Source: Octopus bimaculoides (lineage: Eukaryota). From it: a stretch of DNA of 64,000 bases. The notes under the pieces were generated by a model. The model did not search any database and was not told the DNA's origin. It worked only from the letters and a program-made list of their open reading frames with translations. This document shows, in pieces, positions 11,872 through 25,689 of this stretch (position 1 is its first letter; each line of letters begins with the position of its first letter). A program made the position numbers and the translations under genes. The stretch is taken from contig NC_068984.1 of the NCBI RefSeq assembly GCF_001194135.2, positions 913,946 through 977,945 on the forward strand. The letters run 5' to 3'.

Positions 11872-13159
11872 TTGGCGTGTTTCTGTATTTATTTATCTGC
11901 TGCTTATCATTTATTATGGCCCCTGTAAGATTCTTTTTAACTTTAATTTCTGAGATTTTGTCCTAGCTAATATTTCGTACAGGGTTTGATATTTTAAACT
12001 TCCAGTAACTAGATCCTTGCGTGGCGGTTTCATCTAAGCAGATCACAGATCACACAGTTCATAGATCTGCGAATATAAAACTATGGACAATCTACATTAT
12101 TTCTGACTACGAACTTAAATAATACCAGATTTAAATAAGATCTTAGCAATTGACTTCGATTCGACCATTTCCATTTCTCTTGGTTGGTTGATATCAGTTA
12201 AGCAGTAAGAAAAGGTTCGCCATGTTTTCATGAATACCTCTAGTTGCTAGAAAAGTCGAATTGTCTCCGCCCCACTTCTGTGCAAGACAAAAATGGTTAC
12301 AAGCCTCCATGTATCGACTTTCCTGTCACAGATGTCAAGACATTTGAGACCCAGCACTGCCATTCCGACCGAACCACTTTTTCTCCAAAGCGATGGTAAA
12401 ACCCCGACCTTACTGAGTTGCTATCATATCGATACAAAGCGTCATAACATTATTTCACAATTGCGTTTTGTGTCAAGACTCCGAGTTACGCACATTGCTA
12501 TATTCTACGCTCAACATTCTTTATAGGTCTGCTAAAGTCCCTTTAGTGTCTGTAAGTGGGGTTTGGCTGTAAATTTTCTCATGCAATGTATGAGGTGAAT
12601 GTTTAATGGAGGGGCCTTTTCATCTTTAGCTGTTTTCTATTCCATTATTATTTTGCTTCTGTCTTTATTTAAATTTTGTTTATTAACATAAAATATGTTT
12701 TACTCTTGGCAAAACACGTTAGAACATAGATTTCTATTACAAGACATTCATTTCACACAAACATTACTCTCTAACAGTTTTCAATACTTCTACCGGGGCT
12801 AACTGCCGGATTATTTTCCACCTCAGCTATCAGCAGCGTTGACACCAAGACGTTCAAAATGAAAACACAGTCGGGCAAACGGCAATCAAAAGCGCTTATA
12901 TTTCTCCCCAGTGATGAAGATATTCAGAAATAATACCTTCTTTTCAGACTCAAGTCATCGAATAATAATAATAATGCAACTGCCAACACTTATAAATATT
13001 AAGAGAATATTGTCGACAGTTTCCACAGTTATGAGAATTGTTAATACTTGCTGACATCACTCGCGTTGTGTCTGTAGGTGCAATCACAAATACAATCTCG
13101 CAAAGAAATACCGATACGTATTGCAATAAGTACCACGCAATATTTTGAGGTCATTAGTG

Positions 13160-13285
13160 CCGTTATTGGCCTAGTGGTTAGGATGTTGCACTCAAGATCA
13201 CGAGATCGTGGTTTCAATTCCCAGGCCGGTGGTGCGTTGTGTTCGTGAGCAAAACACTCCATCACACGTTGCTTTGTGATCACAT
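13160..13285 (+). mobile_element. tRNA-derived SINE head, family 1-like
   Basis: tggcctagtggttagg (A box), ggtttcaattccc (B box), then gcgttgtgttcgtgagcaaaacact. Confidence 0.7.
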
Positions 13286-14499
13286 CGACTTCAACAACAG
13301 GGCAGAAAATTCAAAAGACGGAAACTTCTGGAGATGCAGCATCTGTGAAGGAACAACTTCATTCGAGACAAACGAATGTGAAGAACTGGAAGAAAAGCGA
13401 AACAGGAGGAATGAGACATAACTCCAACCTAGGGCAGATCTCTTCCAACTTCTCCAACTTGCAAAAGATCCTTCAAAACCCGAATGGGACTCACCGGCCA
13501 CCTTCGAGTTTACCAACAACCCAACATGACGACCGAAGATACATTCATTTCTACTTTATATGCAGTTACACTTTTTATATTTTCAATTATATTTTATGCC
13601 TTCAGTTATTCTTTGTGCAGTTTCCGTTAGATTTTGTTCGGATCCGCATTTCGGTGTGTTTGTTAGTTATTTAAACTGGATAATTAGTGTCAGCTATTTG
13701 ATCAGTTACATTGAGTAATTAACTATGGTCAGTTTATCAATTTGACTGGGCAATTGTCCTCCTGTAATTATATCAATTAAACAGAATGGTTAATCTCAAT
13801 TATGAAACTGAACGATTGTAATAATTAGTTGCATCTATGTGATATTTGTGTGAGTGTTTTAGTTAGCAGAAAGTCTTTGGAAGAGACAGAGCTGTTGTGA
13901 GTACAGACAATTGGAAATGTATTAGTAACAAAAGTTGTCATTTCGTACTCAATTTCTTTTCAGTATAAATTACCGTCTTATTTTACCGTCGTCATACTTT
14001 GGCAGCAGAATTATTCAGTATATTCTCCAGTTTCTCTAAAAATGATACAGCACCTTCATTATTGTCTGCCAACGAGGGAGCAAAAATCGATATTAATTTG
14101 GAAGGATGCTTCTTTCTTAAGCGATTATTAACTCTTTTTGAAAGGTTGTTGAAACTAGTTCGGAGAAAAATAGAAGTCGACATTAAACATTTCATTTTAT
14201 TTCACAGCAGAAAACTGTAACCTAAGCCATCCTCGATCGATTGTCAAAGGTCAGGCAGTGCATTCTATATCTACTTCTCTCTCTTCCTTTTTTAAATATC
14301 AACCTATTTTACAGCTTCCTACATATAACTGTCTTGACAGTTGAATTTTAGAGCTGTTCTGTTTATATGCATATATATAAACGCTCATGCGTACACACAC
14401 ACACACGTACACACACACACACACAAATACATACATACATACACACACAAATACATACATACATACACAGGATATCTCACTGGTTCACAAGGAAACAGA

Positions 14500-14900
14500 A
14501 ATACCAAATTTGCACACTTTCTTTGTGAATGGCGCGAAACAATATGCAAGAAATATGCAGGAGATGAAAAAGGACCTTCACCTGGTTACAACAATCTCAA
14601 AGAATATAGAGTTGAAGTTTCGGTCAGGAGAAGTGTTGCTATATGGATGTGGAAAAAGGGAAAACTGTAAACCAGGCTAGTAACATTTCCATCAATGACT
14701 TAACTGTTTCCCCTGTATCTGAAGAGGAATGCTACAGGTACCTAGGAGTAGATGAAAACAGCTTACAATGGCACCTGTAACAAAACACGTGCCACTAAAG
14801 AATATCACAGGCGAATAAAGAGCATTTGGACCTCGGAACTCTCTGCATTCAGTAAAACAGTGGCCCACAATGTGTTTGCAGTTTGGGCTGCTTGCATACA
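14500..14900 (+). mobile_element. R4/Dong-like RT fragment (second subfamily), frameshifted
   Basis: LFVNGAKQYARNMQEMKKDLHLVTTISKNIELKF, CYRYLGVDEN and KEYHRRIKSIWTSELSAFSKTVAHNVFAV match the post-YxDD part of this RT type. Confidence 0.7.
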
Positions 14901-15554
14901 TGAGGCTGATAAAATCATAAGACTTTAAAGGCAACTTCTTGAGCAACACTATTTGTCTGGTAACCTAGAATACATGCCCAAAGAATTCGGTGCTCTTGTC
15001 CAAGAAAAACATCTTTTAATAGACGCGCTGTTTTAAAAAAGAACACATATCGGAGCAAGGTGAGCATCGTTCAAGCAGTGACCCATATTTCGGTTTCCTT
15101 CAGCCTTGACTGACGTGCTAATAGGTCACCGATGGGAAGATGTTCGTCTCTCTCCAATATATGTTGCATTTTTAACACATCTATAAAGATATTTCCTCTC
15201 GGACAAAATCCTCAGCATCTTGCCTTTGGATGGTGTATGTACATTAAACATGATACACAACTGTATATGTATGTATCTGCGCGTGTATATACATACATAT
15301 ACACTCATATACATACGTACATGCACACACCTAAATATAGCCGAATGGTTAAAACGTTCGCTGCAAAATAATTAGGTGCAGTGTTCAAACCCAACACGAA
15401 GGTAATCATTGTTTTCCATAGAATGAAGAGGATCCTCGCCAAACGGAAACTCTAACCTCATAAATTGTTTTTCTCCGAGATTCTCGATTCCGATCATTTG
15501 GCGATAATAAATGCATAAAACAAAAAAGAAAATATTTAAAGACAAGTAGAGACA

Positions 15555-15710
15555 TCTAGCGGTGGCAAACTGGCAGAGTTGTTATAGGGTTGGACAGAAT
15601 ACCTTGCGGCATTTATTTCAGATCATTTATTTCAGATCATTTAATTCAAATCCCATGAGCACCATTTTGCATTTAGTTCTCCCGGGATCGATAAGTAAAG
15701 TACCACTCAT
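15555..15710 (+). mobile_element. SINE family 3, degenerate copy in sense orientation, with an internal 14-bp duplication
   Basis: gcggtggcaaactggcaga head, aattcaaatccc B box, gatcgataagtaaagtacca core. Confidence 0.6.
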
Positions 15711-15728
15711 TTGCTTGTTCTTACTCTA

Positions 15729-15768
<40 letters not shown>

Positions 15769-16149
15769 CTACACAATTACACACATTCACGCACGCACAC
15801 AAGTACTCTCTTTCTCGTTCAGAATCGGTTACGTTGAGTGCGCGAATCAATTGCCCACGAATGAAGGAAGGTTGAACGAGAGGACAGACTGATCTGCCGT
15901 TGAGTAAGAAACGGAAATAAAATAAAGAAAATAAGAGACATTGTGACAGTCAAAGCGAGTTTTTCATTGGATGAAATTTACACGTGACCCTAACCCTAGG
16001 TCGAATTTTAAAGGATCCTGTTGATTAATGAAATGAACGTTATATATATATATATATACATNNNNNNNNNNNNNNNNNNNNNNNNNNNNNNNNNNNNNNN
16101 TGTGTGTGTGTGTGTGTGTGTGTATGCATGTACATATATGTATATATGC

Positions 16150-16680
16150 ATTACACACATTATTCTCAAGTTTCATTGTTCCCACTCCCGAACTATACGG
16201 CCGTTATATTGACGACTGTATCGGTGAGACCTCGCTTTCCCGTGGACATCTAGACTCCTTCCTTTTTTTTTTTTTTTTTGTCAAATCCTTCCATCCTGCC
16301 CTCCACTTCTCCTGCACTATCTCTGACACCTCTGTCCCTTTTCTTGACATTTCGGTCAGCATTCATCACTCCACTCTCACCACCTCCATCCACTACAAAC
16401 ACACAGACTCACACATGGGATCACTACTACTTTGTTATCTCCCCTTTTCTTAACTCTCCTATGTGACCCTTCTGTCCGGCATTCGCCATGATAGATCGCT
16501 GACCACTACACACATTTTTTTTCGCTCCTTGTTTCTCACCTTGTTTCTTTCTGTGTTCCTTTCTGTGGAAGAGCGCAGGCTCGAAACGTTAAAGACTTCT
16601 TCAACTCCTGAGCGTTATACTAATACATCTGTTTGTTTTCTACACCAGCTATCTTCGTCTTTTGTTTTTTTGTGAATTCT
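16150..16680 (+). mobile_element. Penelope-like element fragment (RT piece joined to the 3' end)
   Basis: ORF 16106..16453 contains YGRYIDDCIG...FHPALHFSCTISDTSVPFLDISVSI...LTTSIHYKHTDSH. The 3' segment is homologous to 45095-45240. Confidence 0.85.
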
Positions 16681-16733
16681 TCCTACACACATATGTATAT
16701 ATATGCATGTACACACACACACATATGTACACA

Positions 16734-16793
<60 letters not shown>

Positions 16794-16819
16794 AATACGT
16801 AAGTATATGCGTAATAAGT

Positions 16820-17130
16820 ATCTGCGTGACACCTTGGGCAAGTGTCTTCTACTATAGCCTCGGACCAACTAAATCTTTGTGAGTGGATTTGGTAGATGGA
16901 AACTGAAAGTAGCCTTTCGTATATATGTGTGTGTGTTTGTGTGTCTGTGTTTGACCCCAACATCGCTTGACAACCAATAGTGGTGTGTTTACGTCCCCGT
17001 AACTTAGCAGTTTGGCAAAAGAGACCGATAGAATAAGTACTAGGCTCTAAAAAGAATAAGTCCTGGGGTCGTTTTGCTCGACTGAAGGCAGAGCTCCAGC
17101 AAGGCCACAGTCAAATGATTGAAATAAGTA
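16820..17130 (+). mobile_element. SINE family 2 (core, TG spacer and tail)
   Basis: caccttgggcaagtgtcttctactatagcctcgg...gtgagtggatttggtagatggaaactgaaag followed by the family 2 tail. Confidence 0.9.
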
Positions 17131-17145
17131 AAATATAAAAGAATA

Positions 17146-17223
<78 letters not shown>

Positions 17224-17369
17224 ATTATATTTAAGTATGTATGTCTGTATATTTGTTTGTAAGTCTAAGATATATTTTACGTTGTTTTTTTAATGTTAAT
17301 ATTTTTGCTGATAGCCATAAAACGTCAAAAAGTGGAATTTTACTTCTGTCTTCCACTTGAAACATCATT

Positions 17370-17459
<90 letters not shown>

Positions 17460-19394
17460 CTCTCCTCTCTCTCTTCCATTTCTCTCGCCCCTCCTTCCCC
17501 CCTCTCTCTCTGTACACATTGTTTTTATGTTTTAATGCATATTTATTTACACATTTCTGTGTTAATATGTGGGTGCATAGTTTTTATTCTTCTTTTCATT
17601 TTTGTTCTTTTGTGTGTGTATATGTTGTTTCTGTTTTATTTTTTAATGCTGGCAGAGACATTCCTCACTATTGATCGGCATTTCTGTAATTCCATTTGAA
17701 ATATCTTACATTTAGATCAGAATTACACATTGGAAGTTGAGCGTTCAAACTGCTTCCATCTTGCAAACCTTCAAAATGACTTCAGGAAAATGTTTGCTGT
17801 TTACAGTTTAGCAATTAGATATCATTTAAATATACTTCTGTCCTTTCTACTTCATTCGTCAACTCATTTTTCCTCCCCCCCCCCACCAGCTTCTTTACCG
17901 TCTCTCTTTCCTTCTCTATATCTTTTTCCCCTTCTACTATAACTTTTCTGTGTGCTATTTTGCACACACACACACACAAATAAATACATCTATCAAAACG
18001 TGTATAAGTAAATATGTACTCTATGTGTTTCCTGAGAATATATTGGGTTATTTGTTTACATTAAAATAAATCGATAGCAATCAAGAAAGCCTACTGATTC
18101 ACGTGCACTGTTACACTTCAGAGAAATATTTCCTCTTCGTAAAATGGCTGGAGTGATTCATTAAGAGAATTCTGGCGACTATCTTCTTATTTCAACACAA
18201 ACATTGATCTTAGTTCGATCTCTAAAATTACTGTAATTGAAAATCTCGGGGCAACAAAATCGAATGAGTGATAAAAGGGTTCAAGCAGATTCTTTTGGTT
18301 AACCCTTCTGCTACTATAGTTCCATTTTACTTACCTTTGTTTCAATTAATTTTCAAAAATAATGAAGAATTTAGCAAAATAGCTTTGTCTTTATTAAGAC
18401 ATTGTCTGAAATATAAATTAACCGAAATTAATAAACTTTTTGACGGAAAGTTCTAATGTTCGGGACAAGGCAACCCCTCTCCCACCAATTAAAAGGTTGA
18501 CAAAATGTTTCAATGGCAAACAGGCGGTATTTATCAGTCAAAATCATGTTTGTAGCAGCTACAAATACAAAACTATGAACGATTAGTTAAATGAAGACAT
18601 CTCCTTAAGATCTGTAAAGCCATGCCAATGGCTGTGAAAATATGGGAGATTTTTTCTGTCGTAACATGTGCCCCACTTTTTCTCTGGAAGTTTACATCAT
18701 AAAATCAGTGACAGTCTCATACAGGCTGGAACCTTTGGTCAAACACACACTTTTGTTACTCAAGTTTGTATATCAGTGCCAAAGGACATCAGAAATATTA
18801 TTCTACTGAACATATAAGTCATAAATTCAGTACCAAAATATCTTTAAAAACATTTGCCAAAAAGTGTCTTTTAATAATGAAATATTATACAATGTCTAAC
18901 ACAATGCATTGTGAAAAGATCGATGGAAACCAAATCTATTTTTATCAAGGACTAACAATGCACCATTCCAGTTTAGGGCCGTTATGATTCAAACATTAAA
19001 AGTGAACGATTTTAAGAAATATTTAATCTCCGACAGAAAACATGTTAATTTATTTAATTTGTAAATGTAAACACGATAAAACGGAAAAGTAAAAACACTT
19101 ATTGAAGTACATTGGGTTTTTTTTATGAAACAGTGGCTGTTGGTTTAACCAGAAACATTTTCACTGTCAAATTAGGAGAGGATTTAGTGTACTGTAACAC
19201 AATGGAAAGTCGATCAGCTTGAACAGGCGCACGCACACACACATACACACACACTCACACATGCACACACATACACATACGTATACACACACCAGCACAC
19301 ATGTACACGTGTAGATATATATACGTATGTGTTTACACACACAAGTATATATGTGTGAATGTATGTGTACATATGTACATATGTATGTGTGTGC

Positions 19395-19478
<84 letters not shown>

Positions 19479-19527
19479 GTATATATATACACACATATGT
19501 ATGCATATACATATATACATATATACG

Positions 19528-19645
<118 letters not shown>

Positions 19646-19787
19646 TGTGTGTGTGTATGTGTGTGTGTGTGAGTGCGTGTGTAAATTATTCCTTGTTTGT
19701 AAGTATTCTGAAGATGAAGATTCCCAGTGGCTACCAAATTGCTGTTATTTGGCTTTGTACATATATGTATAAGTGCATCTATTGATG

Positions 19788-19820
<33 letters not shown>

Positions 19821-19826
19821 CATATG

Positions 19827-19907
<81 letters not shown>

Positions 19908-19969
19908 TCTATTACTTGTTTCGGTCATTTGACTGCAGTCATACATACGTACATGCATACATACATACA

Positions 19970-20001
<32 letters not shown>

Positions 20002-20014
20002 CACATACATACGT

Positions 20015-20245
20015 AAAAAGGAATACTGGTGGAATGTTCCAGTGAAGACCTCAGTAAAATGTAAGCAGAACAGACCTGATATAATGATTTGGGATAAAGA
20101 AGTGAGATTGTGCACAGTTGTGGAAATTAGCTGCCCAGCGGATGTTAACATAAGGATGAAGATCAGTGAAAAAGAGAACACCTATGCTGAACTATTGAGA
20201 AATCTGCAGTCACTCTATCCAGATTACAAGTTCAGTTTTATAGAT
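20015..20245 (+). mobile_element. R4/Dong-like restriction-like endonuclease fragment (second subfamily)
   Basis: EYWWNVPVKTSVKCKQNRPDIMIWDKEVRLCTVVEISCPADVNIRMKISEKENTY within ORF 19727..20347 (PD..E..K pattern). Confidence 0.85.
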
Positions 20246-20824
20246 GTAATAAAGTCTAAACATTTCAGCGACTCTTCCTTCTTCAAAAGAAAAGTATTGA
20301 AAAAAATAATGGATAAATGTGCAAGAGGAAAAGTTACAAAGAATTAAAATACTAGATGAGATGTTGAAGAGGAACTATATATATATATATATNNNNNNNN
20401 NNNNNNNNNNNNNNNNNNNNNNNNNNNNNNNNNNNNNNNNNNNNNNNNNNNNNNNNNNNNNNNNNNNNNNNNNNNNNNNNNNNNNNNNNNNNNNNNNNNN
20501 NNNNNNNNNNNNNNNNNNNNNNNNNNNNNNNNNNNNNNNNNNNNNNNNNNNNNNNNNNNNNNNNNNNNNNNNNNNNNNNNNNNNNNNNNNNNNNNNNNNN
20601 NNNNNNNNNNNNNNNNNNNNNNNNNNNNNNNNNNNNNNNNNNNNNNNNNNNNNNNNNNNNNNNNNNNNNNNNNNNNNNNNNNNNNNNNNNNNNNNNNNNN
20701 NNNNNNNNNNNNNNNCGTTGGTAAAGTAAAGGAGGGCCGTGAAAGAGGAAAAGTGCTTGTAAGAAAGAGAAACGGGGTCAGAACAACTTGGGGTTAAAAC
20801 TAGGAATAAGCGGATAAAAGAAAA

Positions 20825-20858
<34 letters not shown>

Positions 20859-21349
20859 TATAAAATAGAGGGAAAGGAAAGTAAAGAAGAGAAAAGAGAA
20901 AAAGACATCCTGTTTGTGCGTACGTGCGTGCGTGTGTGCGTGTGTGTGTGTGTGTGTGAGGGTGTATTGTTCTACATCGTATAGAAAGTTAAGCCTAATA
21001 ATGTTATAAGTTAGAAACTTTGTTATGTTAAACTTGCGTGCGCCACTAGGGGCATTTATGTACGCCGTGGGATTTTGAATTATAATTTAAACTTGTAGAA
21101 AATCGATAATAATCGAACGTACTGAAAACGTGTTCTTCGTAATATTGCTAAAGACACGTATGACTGATAAAACAAGGTTACCACTAATGTTTAGGCTTTT
21201 TCTTTCCTTTGGTTTAAATATTCATGCGAAAAGCGACAATAATCGTATTATTTGTATTATTACTGAATCTCTATTATTTCCAGTAATACTGCACGAGATG
21301 TCACGAAACCTTTTTATGAAAATATATATATGCTAGTATGTTACCCGTC

Positions 21350-21438
<89 letters not shown>

Positions 21439-21832
21439 CATATGTGTGTGTGTGTGTATTTGTGTGTGTGAGAGAGAAAGACAAAAGTATACTTTGAAAG
21501 CAAACTTTTGGCACTGTGGGTAATATCATGAAATATACCATTCACACAATAATTATAATTTGAATTTTATCAAACTTCTTGGGCTTTATACAAAATGATG
21601 AAATGCATATTTTTCAAAAGAAACTTATTTTAAAATACAATTCTAAAAACCAATTTCTCATCTGTATATTTACAATAAATGTTAGTTTTTTCGCTAAATT
21701 TTATTAGCATTATTGCAATCTACTCTAACAGTAACTTATCGCTGCGAAATTTCATTAGAAATGAGATTTTAGACACTCATCCTGTACCTCTTATGTTAAC
21801 TCGTTTTTACTCTCTCTCTTTTCCCTCTCTCC

Positions 21833-21863
<31 letters not shown>

Positions 21864-22126
21864 TCCCTCTTCCCTATAAGGTAAAGCGTGACTGGAGAAA
21901 TCAATCAACCAACCAACAAACTAACCAACAACTCAACCAATATTTATATTGGCTCTTCTTGGAGATAATTGCTACTACAAGATTCGTTGATTATAAAAAC
22001 AGTAAAAGTTTTAAAAATTCAGAAATTCAAATAATGGATTTGCCGTTTCAGCCTCCAGTCTTTCGTCTTCTGAAATCGAAGCCATGATCTGTTCTTGTAT
22101 CATAGTCTCTGACAAATTCTGCGAGA

Positions 22127-22166
<40 letters not shown>

Positions 22167-23110
22167 GCCTATCGGTTCTAAATTTCGAATAACCACATTA
22201 ATAATTTATATATATTTATAAACACGTTTAGTCATTTGTTTTTCAAGATCCTTGATGTGTACACGTGTCTTGAAACATATTGTTATACTTGAGGATGGTC
22301 ATTTTTTTGCCCATTAAACGCAGACACTATTTATTCGATCTCCACTGGGTTTTATTCGTCTTAATTTTATTTTATTTGTCTGTCAATGTTATTTCGTCAC
22401 ACATTCTGTGCCCTTATCAGTGACTCTCTGTCCCAAGTGTCATCTCTTGACCTGCTTATTCCATTTTGGAATAAGCCGAACAAGACGAACCACAAACGAA
22501 TTCTTAAAAACTATCAGCTGTTCAATAGTCCACAACTACCTAGAAACCCCCCCCCCCCCACCGAGCCCATAGAAGAAACTTAGTCTTCCAGTTGAGAGCG
22601 ACGTCTTTACTATTTCAGAGGACTGTTTTATATACTACACAAAGCAACTACATTAGCAGGCACACCTTTCATTTCTCGTCTACAAATTGATACACGGGTG
22701 TGTGGTCTGAGAAAGAAATCAGGAATATACTTTCTTAGCGTGTTATTGATTCCATTTGTGGTAAAATAAACAAGAACCTATGATCGAATATTATAATTAA
22801 AAGGAATAAATAAAAGGAGAAAAGATCATCAGCAGTAGTAGCCGCAGTAACAACAGCAGCTGTATTCACCATGCCAAGATAAACAAGATAGGAATTTTAA
22901 CCAAATCCTACATATGTACTCAATCGCATTATTCTTAAACATTTATATGTGTGTGTTTGTATGTGTGGGCACATACATATATGTGTGTATATGTATATAT
23001 TTATATATATGTACATATATACGTATATATATATATATATATATATATATANNNNNNNNNNNNNNNNNNNNNNNNNNNNNNNNNNNNNNNNNNNNNNNNN
23101 NNNNNNNNNN

Positions 23111-23150
<40 letters not shown>

Positions 23151-24605
23151 CATATATACAGTATACATTTACATATATATGTATATATATATATAGGCAC
23201 ACGGGGTGGAGAAGTATACACATGCATGCACATATATGTGTGTATGTATGCGCGTATGTATATATGTATGTATGTATGTATGTAGGTAGGTAGGTAGGTA
23301 GGTAGGTAGGTAGGTAGGTAGGTAGGTAGGTAGGTGTGTGTGTACTCGCATAAATGTCGGATAAAGCAACAAAATGAAAACAACCAAACGTTGAGTAAAT
23401 GTATGGTTGAAAATTTCCCAAGAAACGCAATCTGTCTAAGTCTACCGTGAGTTCAATTATGTCAGGAAAGCAATGGAAGTGAACACTGCATCACTCAACG
23501 AAATTAAAAGTCTCATCGTCAAAAGCAAATATCAAAAATACAAGATCGTCCTGCAGGAAAAAATATTGGGCATCGCTTTTTATGATGAAATAATGTCACG
23601 AAACACGTATTGAAGACAAACTAAAAACAACCAAACGGGAATGTGCGTATGTGTGTGTGTGTGTGTGTGTGTACAAACATACACACACACACATACATTT
23701 ATGTATATANNNNNNNNNNNNNNNNNNNNNNNNNNNNNNNNNNNNNNNNNNNNNNNNNNNNNNNNNNNNNNNNNNNNNNNNNNNNNNNNNNNNNNNNNNN
23801 NNNNNNNNNNNNNNNNNNNNNNNNNNNNNNNNNNNNNNNNNNNNNNNNNNNNNNNNNNNNNNNNNNNNNNNNNNNNNNNNNNNNNNNNNNNNNNNNNNNN
23901 NNNNNNNNNNNNNNNNNNNNNNNNNNNNNNNNNNNNNNNNNNNNNNNNNNNNNNNNNNNNNNNNNNNNNNNNNNNNNNNNNNNNNNNNNNNNNNNNNNNN
24001 NNNNNNNNNNNNNNNNNNNNNNNNNNNNNNNNNNNNNNNNNNNNNNNNNNNNNNNNNNNNNNNNNNNNNNNNNNNNNNNNNNNNNNNNNNNNNNNNNNNN
24101 NNNNNNNNNNNNNNNNNNNNNNNNNNNNNNNNNNNNNNNNNNNNNNNNNNNNNNNNNNNNNNNNNNNNNNNNNNNNNNNNNNNNNNNNNNNNNNNNNNNN
24201 NNNNNNNNNNNNNNNNNNNNNNNNNNNNNNNNNNNNNNNNNNNNNNNNNNNNNNNNNNNNNNNNNNNNNNNNNNNNNNNNNNNNNNNNNNNNNNNNNNNN
24301 NNNNNNNNNNNNNNNNNNNNNNNNNNNNNNNNNNNNNNNNNNNNNNNNNNNNNNNNNNNNNNNNNNNNNNNNNNNNNNNNNNNNNNNNTATATATATATA
24401 TATGGATGCATGCATGCGTGGATGAATGCATATTTGCCCATGTATATATGTGTGTGTATATAACTGTATGTATGTATATGTACATGAATATATGCATGTA
24501 TCCGTTTACGTTAGCCAAGCAAACCAATCCTCAGTTTGTAGTCCATTCATTCCCTCCACTGATTGTCGATACTGACAAATGAGCTGTTGGACAATGGCAT
24601 TGCAA

Positions 24606-24616
24606 ATAGTAGTAGC

Positions 24617-24687
<71 letters not shown>
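24606..24687 (+). repeat. (TAG)n microsatellite
   Basis: Direct read. Confidence 0.95.
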
Positions 24688-24688
<1 letters not shown>

Positions 24689-24874
24689 CCTTTCTTTATT
24701 GCTCACAAGGGTCTATATGTACACAATACAAAACGTGTCATACAAAAAGGTTAAAAAACTTGTGCGTTTATCTATCAATCTTGCCTCATGTTCTGCATGT
24801 CTCTCTTTCTTTCTCTCTGTCCCTGTCTCTGTCCGTATCTATCTTCCCCCTCTCTCTCTCTTTCTCTCTCTCTC

Positions 24875-24939
<65 letters not shown>

Positions 24940-25084
24940 AACTACTGAAAAGATTGCAAGACGCAACAAAAATTTTAGAAAAATAAATGAGTGGAAATTT
25001 TACCGGTGAGTGTGTTAAATCATAAAGCACAAAAATAGAATGATTCTCCCCAGACACAACAGAATATATATATATATATAATAA

Positions 25085-25178
25085 GACTGGAGTCTAGAGT
25101 GAAGCCCTCCAGCTGGCCAGCTCTGACGAAACCGTCCAACCCATGCCAGCATGGCCAACGGACGTTAAATGATGATAA

Positions 25179-25180
<2 letters not shown>
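25085..25180 (+). mobile_element. SINE 3' end, family 4, with (ATG)n tail
   Basis: aaaccgtccaacccatgccagcatgg..aacggacgttaaatgatgat resembles a retroposon tail. Only one copy in the window, so the family call rests on recall. Confidence 0.5.
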
Positions 25181-25218
<38 letters not shown>

Positions 25219-25224
25219 ATCAAC

Positions 25225-25570
25225 ATATCATGAAAGAAAGAGAAAAAGTTGATAAATATGGAGACCTGAGAATTGAGATCGCTGTGATGTGGCAGCTACG
25301 AGAGTCGAACACAAAGGTTATCCCTATTGTCATCGGAGCATTGGGTTCAATACCACCCAATCTGAAAAAACATCTGAAAACCTATAAAAGATACCCTACA
25401 ATCTAGATGTATTGCAAAAGTTGGCATCACTTGAAATTGCACACATATTGTGTAAAGTATTGTCTGTCTGAGGTCCTTGTTATGACTTGACAAACAGTAC
25501 AAACCCCTCGGTAGACATAATATCTTCAATCAACAACCTCACAATATTGGATACTGTGCGACATCTATAA
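25225..25570 (+). mobile_element. R4/Dong-like 3' end followed by (TAA)n
   Basis: KEREKVDKYGDLRIEIAVMWQL...KVIPIVIGALGSIPPNLKKHL...ILCKVLSV*. Confidence 0.85.
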
Positions 25571-25602
25571 TAATAACAACAACAATGATAATAATAATAA
25601 TA

Positions 25603-25674
<72 letters not shown>

Positions 25675-25689
25675 TGGAATCAAACACCA

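Noticed and set aside
13276-13674. 132-aa ORF following a SINE head
   Set aside because: It starts inside the SINE, has no recognisable domain, and I found no convincing splice signals.
13992-14195. Minus-strand ISIFAP...SFLEKLENIL resembling a LINE AP-endonuclease motif
   Set aside because: A single weak motif with no following GDFN block; not enough to call.
21041-21056. CTCF-like ccactaggggca
   Set aside because: One base short of the CCASYAGRKGGC core spacing.
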